Source of the DNA: Octopus sinensis
Taxonomy: Eukaryota
Direction of reading: 5' to 3'
Assembly: GCF_006345805.1 (NCBI RefSeq)
Contig: NC_043024.1
Span: 6,758,001-6,822,000, forward strand
Length of the DNA stretch: 64,000 nucleotides
Shown here: positions 53,448 to 64,000 of the stretch, piece by piece
Numbering within the stretch: the stretch's first letter is position 1
Layout of the letters: the number at the start of each line of letters is the position of its first letter
Made by a program: the position numbers and the translations under genes
The notes under the pieces: generated by a model
Databases searched by the model: none
Told to the model about the DNA's origin: nothing
Seen by the model: only the letters and a program-made list of their open reading frames with translations

Positions 53448-53494
53448 TAGATAGATGGACAGATAGCTACATACATACATACATAGAGATATAA

Positions 53495-53531
<37 letters not shown>

Positions 53532-53540
53532 AGATAGATG
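52700..53540. repeat. (GATA)n array with a higher-order repeat of about 200 bp
   Basis: Variant block GGTAGATAGAGAAATAG...GACTGATAGATATGGTAGAAAG recurs three times plus a partial fourth. Confidence 0.85.
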
Positions 53541-53714
53541 GTTGTATTGCTAGATTAGACTACACTCTAATCCAAGATTAATCAGCTAAAGTATTGCCAG
53601 TAATATAATGGATAAAGACAGAAAGAGAAGCATGAAGTATAAAGAAACTTGATGTGGGGGGGAGGGGGAGTTAGAATTAGCCAAGAGAAGAGAATTATTT
53701 ATATACCTGTGTGT

Positions 53715-53931
53715 ATGCTCTTTACTTGTTTCAGTCATTTGACTGCGGCCATGCTGGAGCACCGCCTTTAGTCGAGCAAATCGACCCCAGGACTTATTCT
53801 TTGTAAGCCCAGTACTTATTCTATCGGTTCTCTTTTTGCCGAACTGCTAAGTGACGGGGACATAAACACACCAGCACTGGTTGTCAAGCAATGCTAGGGG
53901 GACAAACACAGACACACAAACATATACACAC

Positions 53932-53962
<31 letters not shown>

Positions 53963-54125
53963 CGACAGGCTTCTTTCAGTTTCCGTCTACCAAATCCACT
54001 CACAAGGCATCGGTCGGCCCGAGGCTATAGCAGAAGACACTTGCCCAAGGTGACACACAGTGGGATTGAACCCGGAACCATGTGGTTGGTAAGCAAGCTA
54101 CTTACCACACAGCCACTCCTGCGTC
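53715..54125 (-). mobile_element. SINE family 1
   Basis: Near full-length. Confidence 0.9.
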
Positions 54126-54200
54126 TATGTGTCTATACATCTCTTTCCCCTTCTCTCTCTCTCTTCCTCCCCCTCTCTTTCTCTCTTTCTCTCTTCCTCC

Positions 54201-54235
<35 letters not shown>

Positions 54236-54369
54236 CACACATATATACATACATATTAGATAGATATGATACGACAGATATAAACAGAAGCAGACTGTAC
54301 AATTTTAGTTTGTCTGAGATGTTTAATTGCTACAAGTACAAAGTGAATCAACAAACAGTTCACAAATAT

Positions 54370-54521
54370 ATTGTGTGGTACATAGCTTGCTTCCCAATCA
54401 CATGGTTCTGGGTTCAGTCCCACTGTGTGGCACCTTGGGCTAGTGTCTTCTACTATAGCCTAGAGCTGACCAAAGCCTTGTGAGTGGATTTGGTAGACGG
54501 AAACTGGAAGAAACCCATCGC

Positions 54522-54553
<32 letters not shown>

Positions 54554-54715
54554 GTGTGTATGTGTGTGTTTGTCTCCCCAACATCGCTTGACAACTGATG
54601 CTGGTGTGTTTATGTCCCCTGTAACTTAGCGGTTCGGCAAAAGAAACCGATAGAATAAGTACTACGCTTACAAAAAATAAGCTCTGGGGACGATTTGCTC
54701 GACTAAAGGTGATTG
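54370..54715 (+). mobile_element. SINE family 1
   Basis: Consensus match. Confidence 0.85.
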
Positions 54716-54742
54716 AAAAAAATGATTGAAAAAAATAAAAGA

Positions 54743-54814
<72 letters not shown>

Positions 54815-55321
54815 CATACATACACATCACCATCATCATCATCATCATCATTTTAATACTCTTTTCCATGCAGGCATTGGTTGGATGGTTTGAGAAGAAC
54901 TGATAAGTGAGAGGGCTCTACATCTGCTTTGGCATAGTTTCTACAACTGGATGCCCTTCCTGATGCCAACATCTTAACAGAGTGTATTGAGTACTTTTAA
55001 CATGGCATCAACCCTGGTGAGGTTGCTAAATACTCCCAAGATATAAGACCCCATCAGCTGAGCAGGGCATAGACTTGAGGAATAAGAAACTATGATGGAG
55101 AGAGAGAGCAGCAGGTGTTTTTGCCCACCTGGAAAGATATGAGGTCCAGGTACAATGTGAAGATGAGACAGAATAGGATTGGAGAGAGGTATGGGTGGGT
55201 GTGAAAGTAAGGGCAATAAGTGAAAATAGTGTGACAGATGATTAGAGATGTGGAATGAGTTGGATGAAGAGAATATCAGTTCAGTGTAGGGGGGAACTGA
55301 AGGAAGGAAATAGGGTAACAT

Positions 55322-55497
55322 AGAAGATTGATGGAAACAAAAGATTGATGGAAATAAGATTGATAGAAACAGAAGATTGATGGAAACAAGATTGATGGAA
55401 ACAGAAGATTGATGGAAACTAGATTGATGGAAACAGAAGATTGATGTAAACAAGATTGATGGAAACAAGATTGATGGAAACAAAAGATTGATGAAAG
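55322..55497. repeat. Minisatellite, 14-17 bp unit (AGATTGATGGAAAC)
   Basis: About 11 tandem copies. Confidence 0.9.
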
Positions 55498-55559
55498 AGT
55501 GAGTGTCAGAAGATGAGTTGTGGAGGAAGGCTTGACAGAACTTCAATTCTGCTGAGATG

Positions 55560-57260
55560 GACAGGTCTTCTCAGGTACAGCATATTGCATTCCATCGTGG
55601 TTCTCTGTCATCTACTCTGAGAGGCTCAACGTTTTTAGGGCAGCCTTCACCACTTCATCCCGCATCTTCGCAGGTCAGCGTCTTTCACATGTCCCTTCCA
55701 TGTTTAGCAATTGGCACTTCTTTATACCATTGTCCTCACCCACCTGCATCACATAACCCTACCAAAACAGTCTTCTCTCCTAAATACTATGTCTGATGCT
55801 TCTTATGCCCAATTTTTCTCAAAGTATGTGCCGTTGTCCATGCACATCCAGTGGAGCATACCTGTTCTGTTTCTTTCAAATCTTTGCATGTCCTCTGCAT
55901 TCAGTTTCTGAGCCAAGTAGCATTGCTGTTCATACACAGGCACATATAACCTGCCTTTCATTCTGAGAAAAACACCTTTTGTCACCAACAGAGGTAAAAG
56001 TTCCTTGAACTTTCTCCAGTCGATTCATATTCCAACTAGAAAAGCACTTGGAGAGCACAGACCTCCACCTAGTAGCTCATTTTAAGATAGATACATGAGT
56101 AAAATTAATAATAGAGAAACGAAAATAAACTTTGGAAACAGCAACACCACCATAGGTTACGTGGAAACGATGAACGTGTTTTCATGGGAGATAATCAAAG
56201 AACATAACTTTGTAATACTTCATGTAAAGTAAATATAACAAATGAAAAATCATTCAAGAATCCATACAAATTCTCGGATCACTACCAAAATTTCATCATC
56301 TGTTCTTTGTATCATTACCAACTTTTCCTGCAAGTTTCATCAAATACCATTCACAACTTTTTGAGTCATTTTGCACACATATGGACAAACTAATGCCGAT
56401 GAAAACTTAACCTCCCTTCCTTGGTGGAGGTAACAACTATACTTTCAGCGCATCTTCCTCTACTGCTAATTAGGTCACCTAGATAACATAAACATGTAAC
56501 AGTCCACTGCAACACCAATCACTGTGCATGATGCCTTCTTGTACAACCTGATTAACGATATGAGTGACTAGGCCCTGTCATACAGCACCAGATATTCTAA
56601 GCATTTCAGAGGCAATTCCTGATGGGCCAAGGGCTTTCCCAATCTTCATTTTCTTAATTATTTTATCTATAACACGACTGTCAACCCAAATGGCTGGACC
56701 CTCTGTTAGGGTCACATTACAATCACTGATTTCCTCCCATGCCTTCTCAACATTTGATAATCTTTCATAACAGCACTTCCAAGCCTCTTCCAAGATTCTT
56801 TCCAGAATCATTAATTGCAAAGATGCCACCCTCCTTCCATACACATTTCTCTCTGCTTTCTCTGGAACACATTACGTCTTTGGTCTTCACAGTGTAGGAC
56901 ATTGACAAAACTCCCCTTGCTAAATAGATCTGTATCCTAGCTTCTCTACCTGGTAACATTCTCTGCTGCCCCCACTCTTCCGAACCTTCCAAACCTGACT
57001 CTTCACTTTTATTGCTCTATCTACTCCCTGATTCCATGTCGCCATTGGTCTGGCTAAAATGTTGCACCAATCACAAAATTGGTTTGTAGCCCTCAGTAGA
57101 TTATTTTATGAGAATTTCCAATTGCCCTTCTTAATTATTTTATCTATAACAACCCAAATGGCTGAACCCTCTGTTAGGGTCACATTAAAATCACTGATTT
57201 TTTCCCATGCCTTCTCAACATTTGATAATCTTTCATAACAGCACTTCCAAGCCTCTTCTT
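55560..57260 (-). mobile_element. Old RTE LINE fragments interrupted by a Helentron-like element
   Basis: GKALGPSGIASEML linker, YLGDLIS RT end and GSET region; 57120-57258 duplicates 56640-56787. Confidence 0.7.
56034..56433. mobile_element. Helentron/HINE-like non-autonomous element
   Basis: Subterminal inverted repeat ACCTCCACCTAG (56061) vs CTTGGTGGAGGT (56420), terminal hairpin ACCTCC...GGAGGT, AA/TT flanks; related end at 26473-26525. Confidence 0.55.
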
Positions 57261-57354
57261 ATATATATATATATATATATATAAATGTAACCATGTGTAC
57301 TGTTGGCAATTTTCTTTCTCTGTCTTCCCTTCCTTGGATCTTTCCTTTTCATAT

Positions 57355-57389
57355 GTTTCTGACGAAGAGCTCCACTCGAATCGTTAAAT
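57355..57389 (+). ncRNA. Minimal hammerhead motif (family B pLTR 57285-57500)
   Basis: gttt-CTGACGA-a-GAG-ctcca-CTC-GAATC-GT-T-aaat. Confidence 0.55.
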
Positions 57390-57491
57390 CCTCCTTCTTT
57401 CTTTCTTTCCTTTCCTGGGCGTCCAATAACACTATACTTGTTTCACGTCCTCGCGTTGTTGTTTTCTCTTTGTGTTTTCATGTTTGGATTA

Positions 57492-57533
<42 letters not shown>

Positions 57534-57784
57534 ATTTATATTATTATTTGCTTGAACACCACACATCTGTTTCCACTACACTCTCGGAGTGGTTGGCATT
57601 AGGAAGGGCATCCAGGAAATTCTGCCAGATCAAGATTGAAGCCTGGTGCAGCCATCTGGCTTGCAAATCCTCAGTCAAATCGTCCAACCCATGCTAGCAT
57701 GGAAAACGGACGTTAAACGATGATGATGATGATATATATATATAAAATTCTTGTATCGTCCATCTTCCATCTCTCATTAACTAA

Positions 57785-58130
57785 GCATGGCTGAGTGGTA
57801 AGAAGCTTACTTTCCGACCATATGGTTTCAGGTTCAGTCCCTCTGCATGGCACCTTGGGCAAGTGTCTTCTGCTATAGCCTCGGGCCGACCAAAGCCTTG
57901 TGAGTGGATTTGGTAGATGGAAACTGAAAGAAGCCCATCATGTATATATGTATATATATTTATGTGTGTGTGTTTTTATGTCTGTGTTTGTGCCCCCACC
58001 ATCACTTGACAACCAATGTTGGTGTATTTATATCCCTGAATATGTCCTGGGGTCAATTTCTTTGAATAAAGGGAATGCTCCAGATGGTCGCAGTTGAATT
58101 ACTGAAATGTGTTATAGAGTAAAAGAATAT
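57785..58130 (+). mobile_element. SINE family 1
   Basis: Consensus match. Confidence 0.8.
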
Positions 58131-58149
58131 ATGTATGCGTATGACTGTA

Positions 58150-58197
<48 letters not shown>

Positions 58198-58399
58198 AGA
58201 GAGAGAGAGAGAGGGGGGATGTCTCAAAAGTCACTGATGGGTTTCAATTTTTAATAATTTCCTTATCTTTACAAATAAATGCATGAAACTTTGATACAAT
58301 ATAAAAGACATAATGGAAATTTATATGCACAAGTCATATTTTGTGACACCACTACATCACATAAGAAAAATGACATCACTTAAATTTTTGGAGTGAGGT

Positions 58400-58645
58400 G
58401 GTATGGGCATGTTTGGAGGAGGGATAAAGAGCATTTTGTGAGGGTGATTGCATTTGAGGTAAATGGAGTGTGAAAGCAAGGTAGACTGAGGAAAAGGTAG
58501 AGGGTTGGTTTGAAAAAGAGGATGCCCAAAACTGGGCAAGATGGTGTGAGGGCGGTCGCCAAGGTGTTGAGGTAGATCTGGCCACCCCATTTTAACAAGG
58601 ACAAAACCTGGATTTAAAACCCTGGATGATGATGATGATGATAGA
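58400..58645 (+). mobile_element. 3' end of a second RTE family
   Basis: HVWRRDKEHFVR...GRLRK and (GAT)n tail. Confidence 0.6.
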
Positions 58646-58709
58646 ACCAAACAGTATCAAACTGTCACAGTTTCATGTTGAATTGGGATGTCATGCATTG
58701 GGCTTTTAA

Positions 58710-58954
58710 CTCATTTATGCCAATCATCCGTTTAAACTGACCCTTAATTTATAAGAGTATAAAACAAATACTTGATACAAATTGTGATTTGTGTATGATC
58801 TGTATCAAAGAATGAAACATGTTCTTAATGCATTTGCAGTCTGTATCAAACAGGTTTCAATGAAATTTTTTTCAGTTGTTATTTAGGTCAAAATAATAAT
58901 ATCTGTAAATTTTCAGGTAATTTCATTCACTAGAAAAATTTCGGCACGAATGGA
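58710..58954. mobile_element. piggyBac-like MITE
   Basis: TTAA on both sides; imperfect TIR CTCATTTATGCC / GGCACGAATGGA. Confidence 0.55.
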
Positions 58955-59164
58955 TTAATTTATTTTTGCATAATTCACATTCTAATTTTCTGAGGAATTT
59001 TATACAGAATGCCAACAAGATTAACTAATATCTTTCTGTCTAATTTCTTCTTTATTGTATTGTGTAAGTCAGACGAGGAAGGACAACACCCACTAACCTT
59101 TTCAAGGTTTCTGAGATTGTAAGAGAGTAAGAGGGAAGCCATTCAGCCATGCTGAAAATATAGA

Positions 59165-59480
59165 CCAAATGACTGCAGCAGAGTGGACTTCTCTAAAGGT
59201 ACCTAAGGACCAGGTGGTGGAGTTAAACTGGGGGACAAAAGAGTGGACTATACTAAAGATATCCTATGACCAGGGGGTGGTGTTAAATTGGGTGACAACA
59301 GAATGGATTCTGCTAAAGGCAGCCAAAGACCAGGTGATGGGGTTGAACTGAGTGACTACAGAATGGATTCAGCTAAAGGTAGCCAAGGACCAGGGGGGGG
59401 GGGTTGAATTGGGTGACAACAGAATGGACACAATTAAAGTTACCCAATGTGACAGGCAGACATGTTAAACTGGGTGAGAG
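59165..59480. repeat. 60-bp tandem repeat, about 5 copies
   Basis: Unit GTGACAACAGAATGGATT...GACCAGG...GTTGAACTG. Confidence 0.85.
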
Positions 59481-59954
59481 ACTAAGCCCAGTGCTCAAGC
59501 ATTATAATCTGCACACAATTTAGATGTACATTTTGTGTGTGTGTGTGCTTGCATGTTTGTATGTGTATGTGTGTGGCATGAGTGTATGTATGTATGTGTA
59601 TTGTATAGTTATTTGTGTATAAATGTATTTTGTGTGTTACAGGCGTGTATATATTGTTAACCACACAGCTATGCTTGTGTCTATTATGCTTTGCAATCTT
59701 GTTTTCTATTGTATTTTTGTTGTTGTTGTTTAATTCCAGGTCATTCCTGATCAAGCAAACTTATGATGAAGGACATTCCACTTGTGACCATCCTGCAATG
59801 GTTACTCACTGTAACACAACACATGATGTAATCCGAGGGTGATTTTGTAGCTATTTCTGTTGGGTTCAGTGATCTCGTTGAGTCTTCCTTATTAGCTCAC
59901 CATTTTAGGTTATGTTTCATGTTCAGCCCCAACAATGCATGACACCTTCGAGTT

Positions 59955-59993
59955 GGATGCTTGCTGATGAAGGAGCAAAACTCCTGAAATATG
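59955..59993 (+). ncRNA. Hammerhead core candidate truncated by a SINE
   Basis: CTGATGA-AGGAG-caaaa-CTCCT-GAAA with a perfect 5-bp stem II. Confidence 0.4.
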
Positions 59994-60260
59994 GTAGGAG
60001 TGGCTGTGTGGTAAGTAGCTTGCTTACCAACCACATGGTTCTGGGTTCAGACCCACTGCATGGCACCTTGAGCAAGTATCTTCTACTATAGCCTCGGGCC
60101 GACCAAAGCCTTGTGAGTGGATTTGGTAGATGGAAACTGAAAGAAGCATGTCATATATATGTATATGTATATATGTATATATATGTGTGTGCATTTGTGT
60201 ATCTGTGTTTGTTCCCCCCAACATCGCTTGACAACCGATGCAGGTGTGTTTACGTCCCTT
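59993..60260 (+). mobile_element. SINE family 1 (3' truncated)
   Basis: Consensus match. Confidence 0.85.
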
Positions 60261-60895
60261 GTAGCATCCCATCCAGGGAATAATTCATACACCATGAAAA
60301 CCGGAAAACCAGCCCTTATGAGTCAGCATGACTCAAGAAGCTGACTTTACCTTTGCCTTTATGAGGCATCTTGGGCAAACATTCTCTCCTATACCTCTGG
60401 GCTGCCCAAAGCCTTGCAAAGGGATCTAATAAAGAGAAACTATGTGAAAGCACATTTTATATATATATATATATACATACATTCACACACACACACACAA
60501 ATATATATATATATATATATATGTAGATATATATGTATGGCATAACCCATACCAGTATGGAAAACAAATGTTAAATGATGATGATGATGATGATGATGAC
60601 CATGACAATTATGATGAGGATGACGATGACAATAATGATGATGATGATGATGATGATGATGACGGCAATGATGACGATGACAATGACGATGATGACAATG
60701 ATGACGACAATAATGATGATGATGCTGATGATGAAGATGAGGCATGTCCATGTAGTAAGAAGTTTGCTTCTGAACTTTGTGGTTCTGGTTTTAGTCCTAT
60801 TGTGTGAGACCTTAGGCAAGTGTCTTTGGCCATAGCTCCGAGGCCAAGCCAAGCCTATGAGTAGGTTTGGTAGAAGGAAACTAAAAGAAGCCCAT

Positions 60896-60940
<45 letters not shown>

Positions 60941-61835
60941 GTGTTGTGTTTGTCTCCCATCAAAAGTGTTGGTTTGTTTACATCCTTGTAACATAGCAGT
61001 TCAGCAAAAAACACCAATAGAATAACTACCAGGTGTTAGAAATAAGAACTGGGTGTTGTGGGGGGGGGACTTATTTGACTAAACCCTTTAGGGTGGTGCC
61101 CCAGCATGGCCACAGTGAGTGGGCAGGTGTTTGTGTCTCCTTGTCTTGACATTGCATGATTGTTGTAAATGAAAGTCATTGATTTCCAATATCCTGTGAA
61201 AACATGTCCAGGCATGGAGAAATATTGGATTTAGATTTTGGCACAAGGCCAGCAACTGGTATTTATTTTATTGACCCCAAAAGGATGAAAAGCAAAGTCA
61301 ACCGTAGTTGAATTTGAACCCAGAATGCAAATTTTGCCCAGCGTGCTAACAATTCTGCCAGCTTGCCACCTGACGCATGGAGGAAAATTAGCTTGTTTGG
61401 AAACAGACAAGGGTTGGTGACAGGAAGGGCATCTGGCTCTAGGAAAAACTGCCACAATAAAGTCGTCTAACCCATGCCAGCATGAATAACTGGACGTTAA
61501 AGTGATGATGATATGTTATGCTATGTGGTGCCGACTCATTGCTGTAAATATTTGATGAACAACACAACGCATACAACAATGGACTTGTCTTGCCAAGGTA
61601 AACATTTCAATCATAATAAGATTTCCACTTTTTCATATTCAAGTCCATATTTGGAGATAACATTGCACGTCAGAAACTAGTCGAGTGGTTTACAGGAATG
61701 TTGTAATGTTATTTGCTGTGGATGAGTAATTCTGGTGTTCTACACTTTATTATTAACAATAAAGAAGGTGGTATCATGACTGACTTTACTGAACTTCTTT
61801 TACTGTTGGAGAAACCACACCTCAGGGAACCCTCC

Positions 61836-61899
<64 letters not shown>

Positions 61900-61914
61900 A
61901 AACAAATAAAAGCA

Positions 61915-63566
61915 AATAAAGGTAGAGGTTGGGGTCCACCAGGGTTCAGTCCTCATCCCCCTCCTATTTATCATAGTCCTCCAGGCAATTACGGAGGAAT
62001 TCAAGACAGGTTGCCCCTGGGAGCTCCTCTATGCTGACGACCTTGTTCTAATTGCTGAGTCACTATCAGAACTGGAGGAGAAGTTCCAGGTGTGGAAGGA
62101 GGGATTAGAACCGAGGGGCCTTAGAGTCAACCTAGCTAAAACCAAAATACTAATAAGTAGGAAGGTAGAAAAACCACAAATGTCTTCAGGAAGATGGCCC
62201 TGCTCGATCTGTAGAAAAGGTGTAGGTAGAAACTCTATAAGATGTACCCAGTGTAAGCTATAGACACATAAGAGGTGCAGCAATGTCAAAGGAAGGCTAA
62301 CTGGAAAGATAGTTTTTGTATGTGGCAGATGCTCGGGAGCAATAAACTCTGAAAATCTGCAGAAAACAACTTCCGTCACTTTTCAGGGGGAAAAACTAGA
62401 AGTAGTTGATAGCTTCCGTTATCTAGGTGACCAAGTCAGTAGTGAGGGTGGGTGTGCTGAAAGTGTAACTGCTAGAGTAAGAATAGCTTGGACAAAGTTC
62501 AGGGAGCTCTTACCTCTGCTGGTGACTAAAGGCCTCTCGCTCAGAGTAAAAGGCAGACTGTATGATGCTACATGGCAGTGAAACATGGGCCGTGACTGCT
62601 GAGGACATGCGTAAGCTCGTGAGGAATGAAGCCAGTATGCTCCGATGGATGTGTAATGTCAGTGTGCATACTTGAAAGAGTGTTAGTACCTTGAGAGAAA
62701 TGTTGGACCTAAGAAGCATCAGTTGTGGTGTGCAAGAGAGACGATTGCGCTGGTATGGTCATTTGGCGAGAATGGATGAAGATAGGTGTATGAAAAAGTG
62801 CCAATCCCTAGCAGTTGAGGGAACCCGTGGAAGAGGTAGACCCAGGAAAACCTGGGACGAGGTGGTGAAGCACGACCTTCGAACTTTAGGCCTCATTGAG
62901 GAAATGACCAGCGACCGAGACCTTTGGAAATATGCTGTAGGTGAGAAGACCAGGCAGGACAAGTGAGTCCAGCCCACTTATGCATGCCTTTCCTCCCTTG
63001 GACACACAAAGACCTGTTGAGGCAAGCGAAGTCAAAATCGAACCTCATCCGACGACAGGCACCCATGCCATCCCCCCTTTGCTTGTGAAGACCTGTTGGG
63101 GTAAGTGAAATCGGAATCGAAATTGGAATCGAAATTGAACCAATCCTATGACTGGCACCCGGTGGATGCCAGGACCCCTGGATTGGTGGTACATAAAAAT
63201 CACCATCCGAATCGTGGCCGATGCCAGCGCCGCCTCGACTGGCTTCCGTGCCGGTGGCACGTAAAAAGCGCCATCCAAATCGTGGACGATGCCCGTGCCG
63301 CTTCGACTGGCTTCCGTGCCGGTTGCACGTAAAATGCATCAATCCGACCGTGGCCATTGCCAGACTCCCCTGGCACCTGTGCAGGTGGCACGTAAAAAGC
63401 ACCCACTACACTCACAGAGTGGTTGGCGTTAGGAAGGGCATCCAGCTGTAGAAACACTGCCAGATCAGACTGGAGCCTGGTGCAGCCTTCTGGCTTCCCA
63501 GATACCCGGTCGAACCGTCCAACCCATGCTAGCATGGAGAACAGACGTTAAACGATGATGATGATG
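61915..63566 (+). mobile_element. RTE LINE, 5'-truncated
   Basis: GVHQGSVL, LLYADDLVLIAES, YLGDQ, RLRWYGHLARM, GRGRPRKTW; repeated 3' UTR and (GAT)n tail. Confidence 0.95.
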
Positions 63567-63650
63567 GAATACATAATCAATAGGAATACAAAATACAAAA
63601 TGGGTGATTGTTAGTAAGGAGAGACACACAAATAAGAAAGAAGAAAGCAA

Positions 63651-63697
63651 AGGACCACTGATGAGGTCACAGAAGTGTGACAAAAGAACTATGGCCT
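63651..63697 (+). ncRNA. Minimal hammerhead motif in a dispersed repeat (63570-63910)
   Basis: aggacca-CTGATGA-g-GTCAC-agaagt-GTGAC-AAAAG-AA-CTA-tggcct. Confidence 0.5.
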
Positions 63698-64000
63698 AAA
63701 TACATTAATGTAAAAAATAAAATAAAGCTGAAGCAAATTAACACCAAATATATAGTGCGTGTTTTTATTGGCTAAACTGGCAAAATGACCAACCCCAAAT
63801 ACAACAATGGCGAAAATAAATTTAAGACCAATGATAAAAGTTCTATTTCTTACAAAATATTTTGTTACTAACACCACACAAATTATTTTTATCTTTTACA
63901 CCTTATGCAGAATTTATTTCTCTTTCAAATGATGCAGACAATAACTATTTTTATACAACTTGAAGAATTCTGATGCTAAATTAATATAAACGTTTCAAGT

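Noticed and set aside
52482-53480. 332-aa and 272-aa (IYLS)n ORFs
   Set aside because: Artefact of the (TATC)n array

Overview
AT-rich, repeat-saturated animal genomic DNA, most likely a coleoid cephalopod (Octopus). That is an inference from the tRNA-derived SINE families, the RTE LINEs with (GAT)n tails and the very high microsatellite density. I could not identify any intact host protein-coding gene, and most ORFs in the supplied track are microsatellite artefacts. The window holds decayed RTE, Tx1/L1-clade, CR1, R4/Dong-type and Penelope-like retroelements, an internally deleted Ty3/gypsy element, mariner (DD34D-type) remnants, a full-length decayed DD37D (maT) element, long-hairpin MITEs, a Helentron-like element, three SINE families and one 100-N gap. 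The strongest hidden signal is a set of ten minimal hammerhead-ribozyme-like motifs in Penelope-type repeats. They show compensatory base-pair changes between subfamilies, a shared variant core in one subfamily, and recurrent damage at CpG positions. Other leads are non-LTR insertions sitting in (GATA)n and (TAA)n tracts, a TATA+Inr candidate promoter in unique DNA near 24.3 kb, and a few unconfirmed micro-exon candidates. Repeat boundaries were read by eye and are approximate (about +/-20 bp) unless a motif is quoted.
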